Origin: Candidatus Parcubacteria bacterium
Lineage (GTDB): Bacteria > Patescibacteriota > Minisyncoccia > Phycocordibacterales > CAYZPE01
DNA: 32,825 nucleotides
Direction: 5' to 3'
NCBI GenBank assembly: GCA_046050145.1
Contig: JBJOQC010000006.1
Coordinates: 1 to 32,825, forward strand
Shown: piece after piece, positions 5,783-13,787 of the stretch
How positions within the stretch are numbered: position 1 is the first letter of the stretch
Layout: the number at the start of each line of letters is the position of its first letter
Notes under the pieces: model-generated
Told to the model about the DNA's origin: nothing
What the model saw: the letters and a program-made list of their open reading frames with translations, nothing else
The model's database searches: none
Position numbers and translations under genes: made by a program

Positions 5783-8700
5783 ATGGCAATAACAAACATT
5801 GGTGACAATACACTTTCGTCAAACTTAAAGAGCATTTTACCTAATTGTAATAAGGTGGACGCGTTAGTTGGCTACTTCTACTTTTCTGGGTTTAGAGATC
5901 TTCATGAAGAGCTTAAAGATAAGGAAATAAGGATTTTGGTTGGAATGGACATCGATAAGAAGATTATCGAAAAAGTTTCGTCTCTAAAAGACCTTAATTT
6001 TGATTTACATACTACTGAGACAAAGGTAACTTCTCGATCAGGAGCCAAAGAAGACTATATAGAAAACTTTTCTCGTATCTTCAACGATACTGATTATTTT
6101 GATAACAACGAATCACAAAAAGCATTTGAGATCTTTTTAAATAAGATTAAAGATGGGAGTTTGCAGATTAAGAAAACAGCACAAGCGAATCACTCAAAGT
6201 TTTATATCCTCCACAACAAGCCAGAATTTTCTACTAATGGAATTACGCCAGGAATCGTTATCGAAGGTTCAAGTAATTTGACGTTCTCAGGGCTCAAAGG
6301 GCAAGGAGAACACAATCGAATTCTCCAGGAGAAGCATTATTACGAAGATGATGTTAAGCGTTTTGAGGAATGCTGGTCAGACTCAGAAAATATCGTCATT
6401 ACTGACTTAGATTCTGCTGAAAATTTCATTAAGGAAATTAAAAGTAAGATTTGGCTCTACTCTTTGCCTAATCCGCTTTTGATGTACTACAAAGTCCTTA
6501 GTGAGTACTTTTCAATATCAGAGATAGAAAATATGAAGACACCTTACAGTATTACTGGAGGTAAATATTCGGATCTTAAGTATCAAAAAGACGCTATAAA
6601 TCTAGGTATTGATCGCATCAAGAAATTCGGAGGAGTAATTATTGCCGATGTGGTAGGTCTAGGAAAAAGTATTATTGCTTCTGCTATCGCACATAATCTT
6701 GGATACAAGACGATTATTATTGCACCACCCCACCTTGAGAATCAGTGGAAAGACTATATGTCCGAATTCGATTTTAAAGGATTCGTATATTCAACTGGAA
6801 AAATCGAAGAAGCCCTCCAAAGACATGAGAATGATGACGGCAAGCTTCTGATTGTTCTTGATGAAGCGCACAAACATCGAAATGAAGATACTGATAATTA
6901 CAAACTACTACATAGACTCTGTGCAGGTCATTATGTAATGGCTCTTTCTGCAACTCCATTCAACAATGATCCAAAAGATATTTACGCACTGATTAAATTG
7001 TTCAGTACGCCTGGACAGTCAACTATCAGAACTGTAGAAAACTTAAGTATGTCTTTCCATATGCTTTTCAAGCGATATAAGGCGGTACGAAGAGATCTAC
7101 GAAAGAATCTTAAAGATCAGGGTGAAAATGTAGAGATAAAAACTGAACTACATTCTATTGCTGATGAATTACGACAGATGATTGAGCCTTTGATCATTCG
7201 CAGATCACGTCTTGATCTAGAAGAAATTGAAGAATATAGAGACGACCTTAAAAAACAAGGTGTTGCCTTCGCTAAAGTTAAAGACCCAGAACTACTTGAA
7301 TATGACTTGGGAGATATGTTTGATTTGTATGTAAATACACTTGAAAAGATTGCCCCTGAAGACAGAAGTACGAGTTTTATTGGTGCACGATATAAGCCAG
7401 CTTCATATATCAATCAAGGATCAAAATTCCTTGAGAAGATTGTTGAGCAAGATGACGAAGATGGTATGTCAGCAGAAGAAAAGCTTCAGCGTATTCAGCA
7501 GGGACAAAGTAACCTTGCTCGCTTTATGCGAAGACTCCTTGTTCGTCGCTTTGAAAGTTCTGTGGGTGCATTTAGGTTGTCACTTAAGAATATGATTACA
7601 TCGTCTGAGACGATGCTTGATTGGTATGAAAATCGCCAGGAAGTACCCATATTTAAAAAAGGTGTATTGCCTGAAGTTGAGTACTTAAATGAGTTAGATG
7701 AAAAAGATGTCGAGGAATTATTTAACAAACTCGAAGATAAAGGATTGATACGAATTCCACTTAGTGAATTGCAGCCACAATTTGGTGATCATCTAAGACA
7801 CGACATAGCACTACTTAAATCAATTGATTTAGAATGGTCTGGAAATGACAATGATCCTAAATACGAATTCTTTAAAAAGAAGATTACCGACTCATTGAAA
7901 GAAAATGGAGCTAGAAAGATTGTAATATTTACGGAATTCTCTGATACGGCAAACTATGTCTTTCAAAAGTTACAGAAAGATGGTTTTAATCGTGTCTACA
8001 AATACAGCTCTGAAGATGCTTCTGAGGAAAATAAGAAGATAATTAGAACAAACTTTGATGCAGGACTTGAGGAATCAAAGCAGTCTAATGATTTCGATAT
8101 TATTATCGCTACTGATGCAATTTCTGAAGGATTCAACCTGCACCGAGCAGGAGCAATCATTAACTATGATATTCCTTACAACCCAACACGAGTAATCCAG
8201 CGTGTAGGACGTATTAACCGTATAAACAGAAAAGTTTTTGAAGAACTATATATTTATAACTTCTTTCCAACACTCACTGGAGAGCTAGAAACTCGTACTC
8301 GTGCAATTTCTACATTGAAGATGGATTTGATACACACACTTCTTGGAGAAGATACTAAAACACTAACATCTGAGGAAGATCTTAAGAACTATTTTGCAAA
8401 GCAGTACAAAGAAGAAGATAGTAAAAACGAAAGCTTGTCATGGGACGCTCCATATAGAAATGCGTGGCTGAAAATCAAAGATGATAAGCAGATAATGTCG
8501 CAAGTTGCACAGATTCCACATCGCTCAAGAATTGCACGAAGGACTAAGGGTGCTAGTGGTGTTGTCGCTTTTGCTAAGAAAAGCGGAAACTATGTATTCG
8601 CGTTTGGAGCTACTCCAGAAACAGTTGAGATAGTTTCTCCTCAAGTTGCACTCCCTTTGTTTAACGAGGTAATTGATTCTGAGCAATCTATCCAAACAAG

Positions 8701-9070
8701 TGTGAACTTTGATCCTATCTATAAAATAGCAAAGGAACATATTTTTAAAGACAATACAAAAGCTAGTGTAGACGGTGGACGAAAACAAGACGCACTCAAT
8801 CGAATCAAACTCCTGAGTGAGCTATATCCACAAGCAAAAGACCTCTGTATCGACATCATTCGTGCAATCAAGGATTTGGATGCACTGCCAAACGGAGTTC
8901 TAAAGGAGATTGTTGAACTAAGAATCGATAAGACAAATCCTGACACTGCTTTTCAGGAACTACGAGTACTTATACCTCATAAATACATCGAGAGTATCTT
9001 TAAAACAGCTGATAGGGCAAATGACGATGGTCAATTGATTGTATTGTCTGAGGAATTAATAGCACTATGA
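5783..9070 (+). CDS. PLD(HKD)-family nuclease domain fused to an SNF2-type SF2 ATPase/helicase, with a C-terminal domain of unknown function
   Basis: 1095 aa. HKD-type motif HSKFYIL (nt 6191-6211) followed by GSSNLT. SF2 motifs: I GLGKS (6656-6670), II DEAH (6860-6871), III LSATPFNN, IV KIVIFTEF, V-VI ATDAISEGFNL...YNPTRVIQRVGRINR. The last ~270 aa have no motif I recognise. The TGA overlaps the next ATG. Confidence 0.9.
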   Translation: MAITNIGDNTLSSNLKSILPNCNKVDALVGYFYFSGFRDLHEELKDKEIRILVGMDIDKKIIEKVSSLKDLNFDLHTTETKVTSRSGAKEDYIENFSRIFNDTDYFDNNESQKAFEIFLNKIKDGSLQIKKTAQANHSKFYILHNKPEFSTNGITPGIVIEGSSNLTFSGLKGQGEHNRILQEKHYYEDDVKRFEECWSDSENIVITDLDSAENFIKEIKSKIWLYSLPNPLLMYYKVLSEYFSISEIENMKTPYSITGGKYSDLKYQKDAINLGIDRIKKFGGVIIADVVGLGKSIIASAIAHNLGYKTIIIAPPHLENQWKDYMSEFDFKGFVYSTGKIEEALQRHENDDGKLLIVLDEAHKHRNEDTDNYKLLHRLCAGHYVMALSATPFNNDPKDIYALIKLFSTPGQSTIRTVENLSMSFHMLFKRYKAVRRDLRKNLKDQGENVEIKTELHSIADELRQMIEPLIIRRSRLDLEEIEEYRDDLKKQGVAFAKVKDPELLEYDLGDMFDLYVNTLEKIAPEDRSTSFIGARYKPASYINQGSKFLEKIVEQDDEDGMSAEEKLQRIQQGQSNLARFMRRLLVRRFESSVGAFRLSLKNMITSSETMLDWYENRQEVPIFKKGVLPEVEYLNELDEKDVEELFNKLEDKGLIRIPLSELQPQFGDHLRHDIALLKSIDLEWSGNDNDPKYEFFKKKITDSLKENGARKIVIFTEFSDTANYVFQKLQKDGFNRVYKYSSEDASEENKKIIRTNFDAGLEESKQSNDFDIIIATDAISEGFNLHRAGAIINYDIPYNPTRVIQRVGRINRINRKVFEELYIYNFFPTLTGELETRTRAISTLKMDLIHTLLGEDTKTLTSEEDLKNYFAKQYKEEDSKNESLSWDAPYRNAWLKIKDDKQIMSQVAQIPHRSRIARRTKGASGVVAFAKKSGNYVFAFGATPETVEIVSPQVALPLFNEVIDSEQSIQTSVNFDPIYKIAKEHIFKDNTKASVDGGRKQDALNRIKLLSELYPQAKDLCIDIIRAIKDLDALPNGVLKEIVELRIDKTNPDTAFQELRVLIPHKYIESIFKTADRANDDGQLIVLSEELIAL

Positions 9071-12000
9071 AATTAAACGAAAAGTACAACAAAAATTCCT
9101 TTATTGATTTTATAGATACTTTCTTACCTGAAGACTTTCAGTCGAAAGAGGAAGATATAATCATCAAGAAAGACAGATACAAAGAGATAACCAAAGCAAA
9201 AATTTTGGGTTTTTGCGAGTCCTTGGATTTGCATGTACTGGAGATGGATCATACCCACGATAAAGATCCAAGAGTAGCTATTGCGACCGATGCCTTTAAA
9301 ATTTTGGCAGATCATTGGATTCATCGAGCTTTGGTTATATTCAAAAACAACGACTCTGAAAATTATCGTTTTTCATGCCTCACCATCACTCTTGATCTCA
9401 ATGATAAAAACAAGGTAACTAAGAAGTACTCTAATGCACGTCGGTACTCGTTTTATCTGGGTGCTAATGCAAAGGTTAAAACTCCTGAGCAACAACTCAT
9501 TAAGAAAGGAAAGGTAAAAGATATAGATGATCTGCTCAGTCGTTTCTCTGTTGAGGTTGTTAATAAGCAATTTTACTTAGAGGTTGCTAAATTCTTTGAT
9601 GAGCTGGTATCTATCGAGGATCAAAACCTTATTCTTCCTGGTGTATCAGAAAAAGACATAAATACTCGCAAGAGCTTTGCTGTGCGACTCATCGGCCGTA
9701 CGATGTTCTGTTGGTTCTTAAAACAAAAGAAGTCTGATAACGGACAATTGATTCCCGACGAACTTTTGTCTTCAAAAATCGTATCTGATAACTATTATCA
9801 CAATACACTTGAGCCGTTATTTTTTGGTGTGCTAAATACAAGTATTGATTCTCGTGATATTCGCAGTGATTTGTTTGATAAAGTGCCATATCTCAACGGA
9901 GGACTTTTTAATCCTCAATCAGACGATTATTATGAGCTAGATAGAGGAACTTTTGCCTCAAGGCACATAAACACTCTTAAAATCAGTGATTCTTGGTTCA
10001 AGGACTTTTTTGAGCTTCTAGAAACTTATAACTTTACTATTGATGAAAATACAGTTTTTGATCAAGAGCTTTCTGTTGATCCGGAAATGCTTGGTAGGAT
10101 TTTTGAAAATCTTCTTGCAGAAATAAATCCGGAAACTGGAAGCAGTGAGCGTAAGCGAACAGGAAGTTTTTATACTCCACGCCAAATCGTTGAATACATG
10201 GTTGATCAATCATTGATTGAATATCTAAAAACTAAAACAAAAATTGATGAGAAAAAATTATCTGCTCTTGTTAGTTATGACTTAACAGATGATACAGAAC
10301 ATCCACTAGATGATGAGGAAAAACAAGAAGTAGTAAATGCAATAGAATCTCTTAAAATTCTTGACCCCGCTTGCGGTTCCGGTGCATACCCAATCGGCGC
10401 GCTTCAAAAAATTGTTTATATTCTTCAGCAAATTGATCCGGATTGTAAAATGTGGCTAGAGCAGAAACTAAAAAATGTTCCGGAGTTATATAAGAAAAAA
10501 ATAATTGACGAAGTTAAATCTAACCCTTTTGACTACACACGGAAACTTGATGTTATCAAGAACTCAATCTTTGGTGTAGATATTCAGCCGATTGCGGTGG
10601 ATGTTTCCCGCTTGAGATGTTTTTTGACGCTTGTCGTTGAATCAGAAGTAAATGATACAAAACCAAACAGAGGGATAGAACCTTTACCGAACTTGGACTT
10701 TAAATTTGTCTGTGCGAATACTTTGATTGGCTTGCCAAAATCTCAATCCAGCAATCTTTTTGAAGATCATTCCGGCATCATTGAACTTTCAACGATAATG
10801 TCAGAGTATTTTACTGCTAATCGTTCCGAAAAAGAATCAATAAAGACTAGATTCTTTAATAAGCAAAAAGATTTACTCAATCGAATGATTGGACTCAAAG
10901 CTACTGGAGAATTAACCCTTAAACTAACTCTTTGGAATCCATTTAGTAATACTTCAAATTCTTGGTTTGACCAAGAGTGGATGTTTGGGTTAGAGGAAAA
11001 ATTTGATTTTATCATTGGAAATCCACCATGGGGAGCAGATTTATCAAAAGAACAAAAGGTTGATTTAGCAGAGTTATATCCTGAGATTGATTCATCTACC
11101 CCAAATTCCTTCGCTTATTTTATAGGTCTAGCATTGAGAATATCAAAAAGTAATGTATCTTTCATATTGCCGGATAGCATTTTGGTAAAAGATTATCCCA
11201 AAACTCGTGAACTTTTTAAGAATTTGTTATATGAGGTATCTTGGTTTCAAAATTCCGGAGTACCTGATGAGCATAAGTTATTTACATATGTTTCGCATGA
11301 TGTTTGCGTCTTGTTTATGGGTAAAAAGGACACTCTAAAAGTTAAATGTAATAAATGGGAATATGATAACGGAAAATACTCTAAAAAACATTGGGAGGAA
11401 ACAAACGAGATATTAATGCCGAGAGATTTTGAATATAGGATAAACTTGTTGGCAACTGATGATGATTATAATCTTCTAAAAAAAGTTACAGCGAATAGTT
11501 ACCCATTGAATAGCAAATATCAATGTCACGAAGGTGTTCATACTGGTAATGCCAGAGAAATCTTATTTAAGAAAGAAAAAGAAAATGAATTTTGTAAGCC
11601 ACTTTTTATTGGCGGAAAGAACGGTGATGTTATTCAAAACTACTATTCAAAACCCTCCGGTTGGTATGTTGATTATAGGAAAGAAATTGTGGACGAAGAT
11701 AAGGGATATTACGCTTCTTTAAGAAAAGAAGATATATTTAAACTACCGAAAATATACATAACTAGAACTGGAAATCCAATTAAGTCTTTTTATGATGAGA
11801 ATACTTATGCATCAAATAACTTCTTTTCTTTACAAGCAAAAGATTATTCAAGTAATACGCCAGAAAATCTAAAATTTATTTTAGCATGTCTTGTTTCTAA
11901 ATTTTCAAACTATTTCATCAGAACATTTGCGTGTCCTCGTTTGGGAAATACATTTATTGAAACAAAAATTACTCACTTACTAAATTTGCCAATACCAAGT

Positions 12001-12171
12001 GTTTCTGAAGAAAAAAGGATGTCCATCATTGAGCTAGTCGATTTAGTTATCAAAGAAAAAAAGAAGGACATTGAAGCAGATATTTCAAAGATTGAATCAC
12101 AAATTGATGAATTAGTTATTGACTTGTACGGACTAAACGAAGAAGAGAAAGAAATAATTAGAAATTCTTAA
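9067..12171 (+). CDS. gamma-class N6-adenine DNA methyltransferase with a TaqI_C-like target-recognition domain (Eco57I/PglX-like, no recognisable nuclease)
   Basis: 1034 aa. FYTPRQIVEYMV, motif I ILDPACGSGAYP (about nt 10360-10395), FGVDIQPIAVDVSRLRCFL, and motif IV IIGNPPWGA (about nt 11011-11037). The C-terminal region matches the TaqI_C pattern (CHEGVHTGNA ... KIYITRTG ... GNTFIETKITHLLNLPIP) and ends in an IDLYGLNEEEKEII tail. ATG 9067-9069 overlaps TGA 9068-9070 of the upstream gene. Confidence 0.9.
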   Translation: MKLNEKYNKNSFIDFIDTFLPEDFQSKEEDIIIKKDRYKEITKAKILGFCESLDLHVLEMDHTHDKDPRVAIATDAFKILADHWIHRALVIFKNNDSENYRFSCLTITLDLNDKNKVTKKYSNARRYSFYLGANAKVKTPEQQLIKKGKVKDIDDLLSRFSVEVVNKQFYLEVAKFFDELVSIEDQNLILPGVSEKDINTRKSFAVRLIGRTMFCWFLKQKKSDNGQLIPDELLSSKIVSDNYYHNTLEPLFFGVLNTSIDSRDIRSDLFDKVPYLNGGLFNPQSDDYYELDRGTFASRHINTLKISDSWFKDFFELLETYNFTIDENTVFDQELSVDPEMLGRIFENLLAEINPETGSSERKRTGSFYTPRQIVEYMVDQSLIEYLKTKTKIDEKKLSALVSYDLTDDTEHPLDDEEKQEVVNAIESLKILDPACGSGAYPIGALQKIVYILQQIDPDCKMWLEQKLKNVPELYKKKIIDEVKSNPFDYTRKLDVIKNSIFGVDIQPIAVDVSRLRCFLTLVVESEVNDTKPNRGIEPLPNLDFKFVCANTLIGLPKSQSSNLFEDHSGIIELSTIMSEYFTANRSEKESIKTRFFNKQKDLLNRMIGLKATGELTLKLTLWNPFSNTSNSWFDQEWMFGLEEKFDFIIGNPPWGADLSKEQKVDLAELYPEIDSSTPNSFAYFIGLALRISKSNVSFILPDSILVKDYPKTRELFKNLLYEVSWFQNSGVPDEHKLFTYVSHDVCVLFMGKKDTLKVKCNKWEYDNGKYSKKHWEETNEILMPRDFEYRINLLATDDDYNLLKKVTANSYPLNSKYQCHEGVHTGNAREILFKKEKENEFCKPLFIGGKNGDVIQNYYSKPSGWYVDYRKEIVDEDKGYYASLRKEDIFKLPKIYITRTGNPIKSFYDENTYASNNFFSLQAKDYSSNTPENLKFILACLVSKFSNYFIRTFACPRLGNTFIETKITHLLNLPIPSVSEEKRMSIIELVDLVIKEKKKDIEADISKIESQIDELVIDLYGLNEEEKEIIRNS

Positions 12172-12172
12172 A

Positions 12173-12205
12173 AGAAAAGAATGAGTTGCGGTCTCATTCT
12201 TTTCT
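12173..12205. terminator. bidirectional terminator between the convergent methyltransferase and DUF2188 genes
   Basis: AGAAAAGAATGAG (12173-12185), loop TTGCGGT, CTCATTCTTTTCT (12193-12205): a 13-bp stem rich in A/T runs on both sides. Confidence 0.6.
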
Positions 12206-12210
12206 ACCGT

Positions 12211-12432
12211 CTATCCTTTTATGTTTCTTGGATCGTTTCCGTACGAGTTTCTCCACCCGATAGTTCCGTCAAGGTTCTGAACAAGAAGTTCTAGATGTTG
12301 GTTTTGGGCGATCTCTCTCGCTTTTTCAACTGCCTCTGCTTTTGTGTCACAAATAGCAGATGCTTTTTGATTACCGACAACTTTGACCTTCCAGTCTTCG
12401 CCATTCGGACTAACGAAAATTTGGTTAGCCAT
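12211..12432 (-). CDS. DUF2188 family small protein
   Basis: 73 aa. The segments GEDWKVKVVGNQKASAICDTKAEAVEKAREIAQNQHLELLVQNLDGTIGWRNSYGNDP match the DUF2188 pattern. Confidence 0.7.
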   Translation of the reverse strand: MANQIFVSPNGEDWKVKVVGNQKASAICDTKAEAVEKAREIAQNQHLELLVQNLDGTIGWRNSYGNDPRNIKG

Positions 12433-12662
12433 CTTTGGTTTAGTAGTTAGTACCCTTGTTTGTTAAGTGATCTAAATCTGGTAAGATAAAAATGTTAAGA
12501 TTTTACTTCTAGGTTTAGCCGAAACACCCCAAAGGGCAAAAAAAGATATTTCCGATTTTGGTGGAGGAGGATTACCGCAAATGATCACTTCTCCTTTTTC
12601 ACTTTATACCCCTTAATATGATTGTCAATATTCTGACCAAAATTGCTTGACTTTTTAACTTG

Positions 12663-12702
12663 TTTTGTATAAACTTGTTCGTACGAACATGTTTATACAA
12701 AA
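12663..12702. promoter_or_regulatory. 40-bp near-perfect palindrome over the start of the HTH-Panacea gene (candidate auto-operator)
   Basis: Positions 12663-12682 pair with 12683-12702, with one mismatch (12675/12690). The core is TTGTATAAAC-t-TGTTCGTACGAACA-t-GTTTATACAA. It contains a TATAAA -10-like box (12668-12673) and the ATG at 12689-12691. A possible -35, TTGACT, lies at 12647-12652 (15-nt spacing). Confidence 0.5.
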
Positions 12703-13384
12703 AATAAAAGAGTTACGTATTAAAAAAGGATTAAGTCAAGAGAAAGTTGCGCAAGCAATGGGTGTATCTCGTCCTACTTATACCAGTTTTGAGTCTGGAA
12801 AAAAACAACATATTGATGTTGAGGAAGCGCAGAAGCTCGCTGTCTTTTTTGGTATGACGTTAAATGAACTAATCTCCGGGACAATGGAGGATATGGAAAA
12901 ATATAAACAGATGATTGTTGCTTATTTGAGAATGAATATCTCAACCTCTCGAAATGGAAGGGTTACCAAGACTAAGCTTGCCAAACTTTTGTATCTTGCT
13001 GATTTCGCTTGGTTTTATGAGAGATTAGAAAGTATGAGCGGTATGCAATATAAAAAATTTCCTTATGGGCCAGTACCAGATGCTTTTTTTCGTGCTCTAT
13101 CTGAACTAGAGGAAAGTGGAAAAATTAAAATTGACAAAGAGAGAGAGGGTGAAAAAGAGATGTATTTAATTAGTGAGACTGAAAGCAATAAGAACGAAAA
13201 GATTGCTAACGTTTCTGTTGAAGAGCAAAAACTAATGGAAAAAATTGCAGATAAGTGGAAAGACAAGAATACTCAGGCGATTGTAAATTTTACACACAAT
13301 CAGTTACCATACACTGTTTGTCGTGATAACGAAGTTATACCTTATGAACTTATAACCCAAGAAGACGCCGACAAGGTTTATTAA
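12689..13384 (+). CDS. XRE-family HTH fused to a Panacea/DUF4065 (SocA/GepA-like) antitoxin domain
   Basis: N-terminus IKELRIKKGLSQEKVAQAMGVSRPTYTSFESGKK...LAVFFGMTLNELI is an HTH_3-type domain. KTKLAKLLYLADFAWFYERLESMSGMQYKKFPYGPVPDAF is the DUF4065 signature. ATG 12689 is preferred, but the TTG at 12665 from the track is possible. Confidence 0.8.
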   Translation: MFIQKIKELRIKKGLSQEKVAQAMGVSRPTYTSFESGKKQHIDVEEAQKLAVFFGMTLNELISGTMEDMEKYKQMIVAYLRMNISTSRNGRVTKTKLAKLLYLADFAWFYERLESMSGMQYKKFPYGPVPDAFFRALSELEESGKIKIDKEREGEKEMYLISETESNKNEKIANVSVEEQKLMEKIADKWKDKNTQAIVNFTHNQLPYTVCRDNEVIPYELITQEDADKVY

Positions 13385-13391
13385 GACCGTT

Positions 13392-13784
13392 ATGCAAGGT
13401 ATTTATTCAGTACAAATAGAGAAGTATGCAGAAGGACATTTTATTAAAAGTTTTGCAAAAAAATACAATAATCATTGGGACGTTACTTTAAAAGCCGTCG
13501 TCTTGCTCCTTGAGCGCATTGATCTATTACTTCAAACCACTAAAGCTGAAATTATTTCAGACAAAGAGGGTGTGAAAATAATTAAAGTAGAATTTACCAT
13601 TGCAAAAAGCAGGGAATCAGCAAAATCTTCAGGTAATAGATGTGTTGTTGCTTGGCATAAGCAGGATCAATCCATATTCGTCTTGCTGGTATACGGAAAA
13701 ACAGATGTAAAAGGAGGACACGAAACTGTCTGGTGGAAATCATTGGTTAAAGAAAATTATCCCAAATATAAAGATATTGTTTAA
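13392..13784 (+). CDS. putative toxin partner, RelE/ParE-superfamily-like
   Basis: 130 aa, starting 7 nt after the antitoxin stop. KVEFTIAKSRESAKSSGNRCVVAWHKQDQSIFVLLVYGKTDV resembles the K-x-R...GKSGGyRvIy...vlLl-iY-K block of RelE/HigB/Gp49-like toxins. The assignment is by pattern only. Confidence 0.5.
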   Translation: MQGIYSVQIEKYAEGHFIKSFAKKYNNHWDVTLKAVVLLLERIDLLLQTTKAEIISDKEGVKIIKVEFTIAKSRESAKSSGNRCVVAWHKQDQSIFVLLVYGKTDVKGGHETVWWKSLVKENYPKYKDIV

Positions 13785-13787
13785 ATT

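Noticed and set aside
9068-9070. Alternative genetic code (UGA recoding, as in some CPR lineages)
   Set aside because: All long housekeeping ORFs are intact under code 11. TGA is used as a genuine stop in the ATGA overlap at 9067-9070, and nothing requires stop-codon read-through.
5783-12171. Calling the helicase/methylase pair a bona fide DISARM or BREX system
   Set aside because: The DISARM core genes drmA and drmB (DUF1998 helicase pair) are absent from the window. So are the BREX hallmarks pglZ and brxC/pglY. Only domain-level resemblance exists (PLD, SNF2, N6A MTase / PglX-like), so I describe it as an unassigned R-M-like pair.
4646-13787. Prophage or integrative mobile element annotation for the island
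   Set aside because: No integrase, recombinase, transposase, excisionase or structural phage gene occurs in any of the six frames. I found no convincing long direct repeat at the right-hand boundary. Only island-like context can be claimed.
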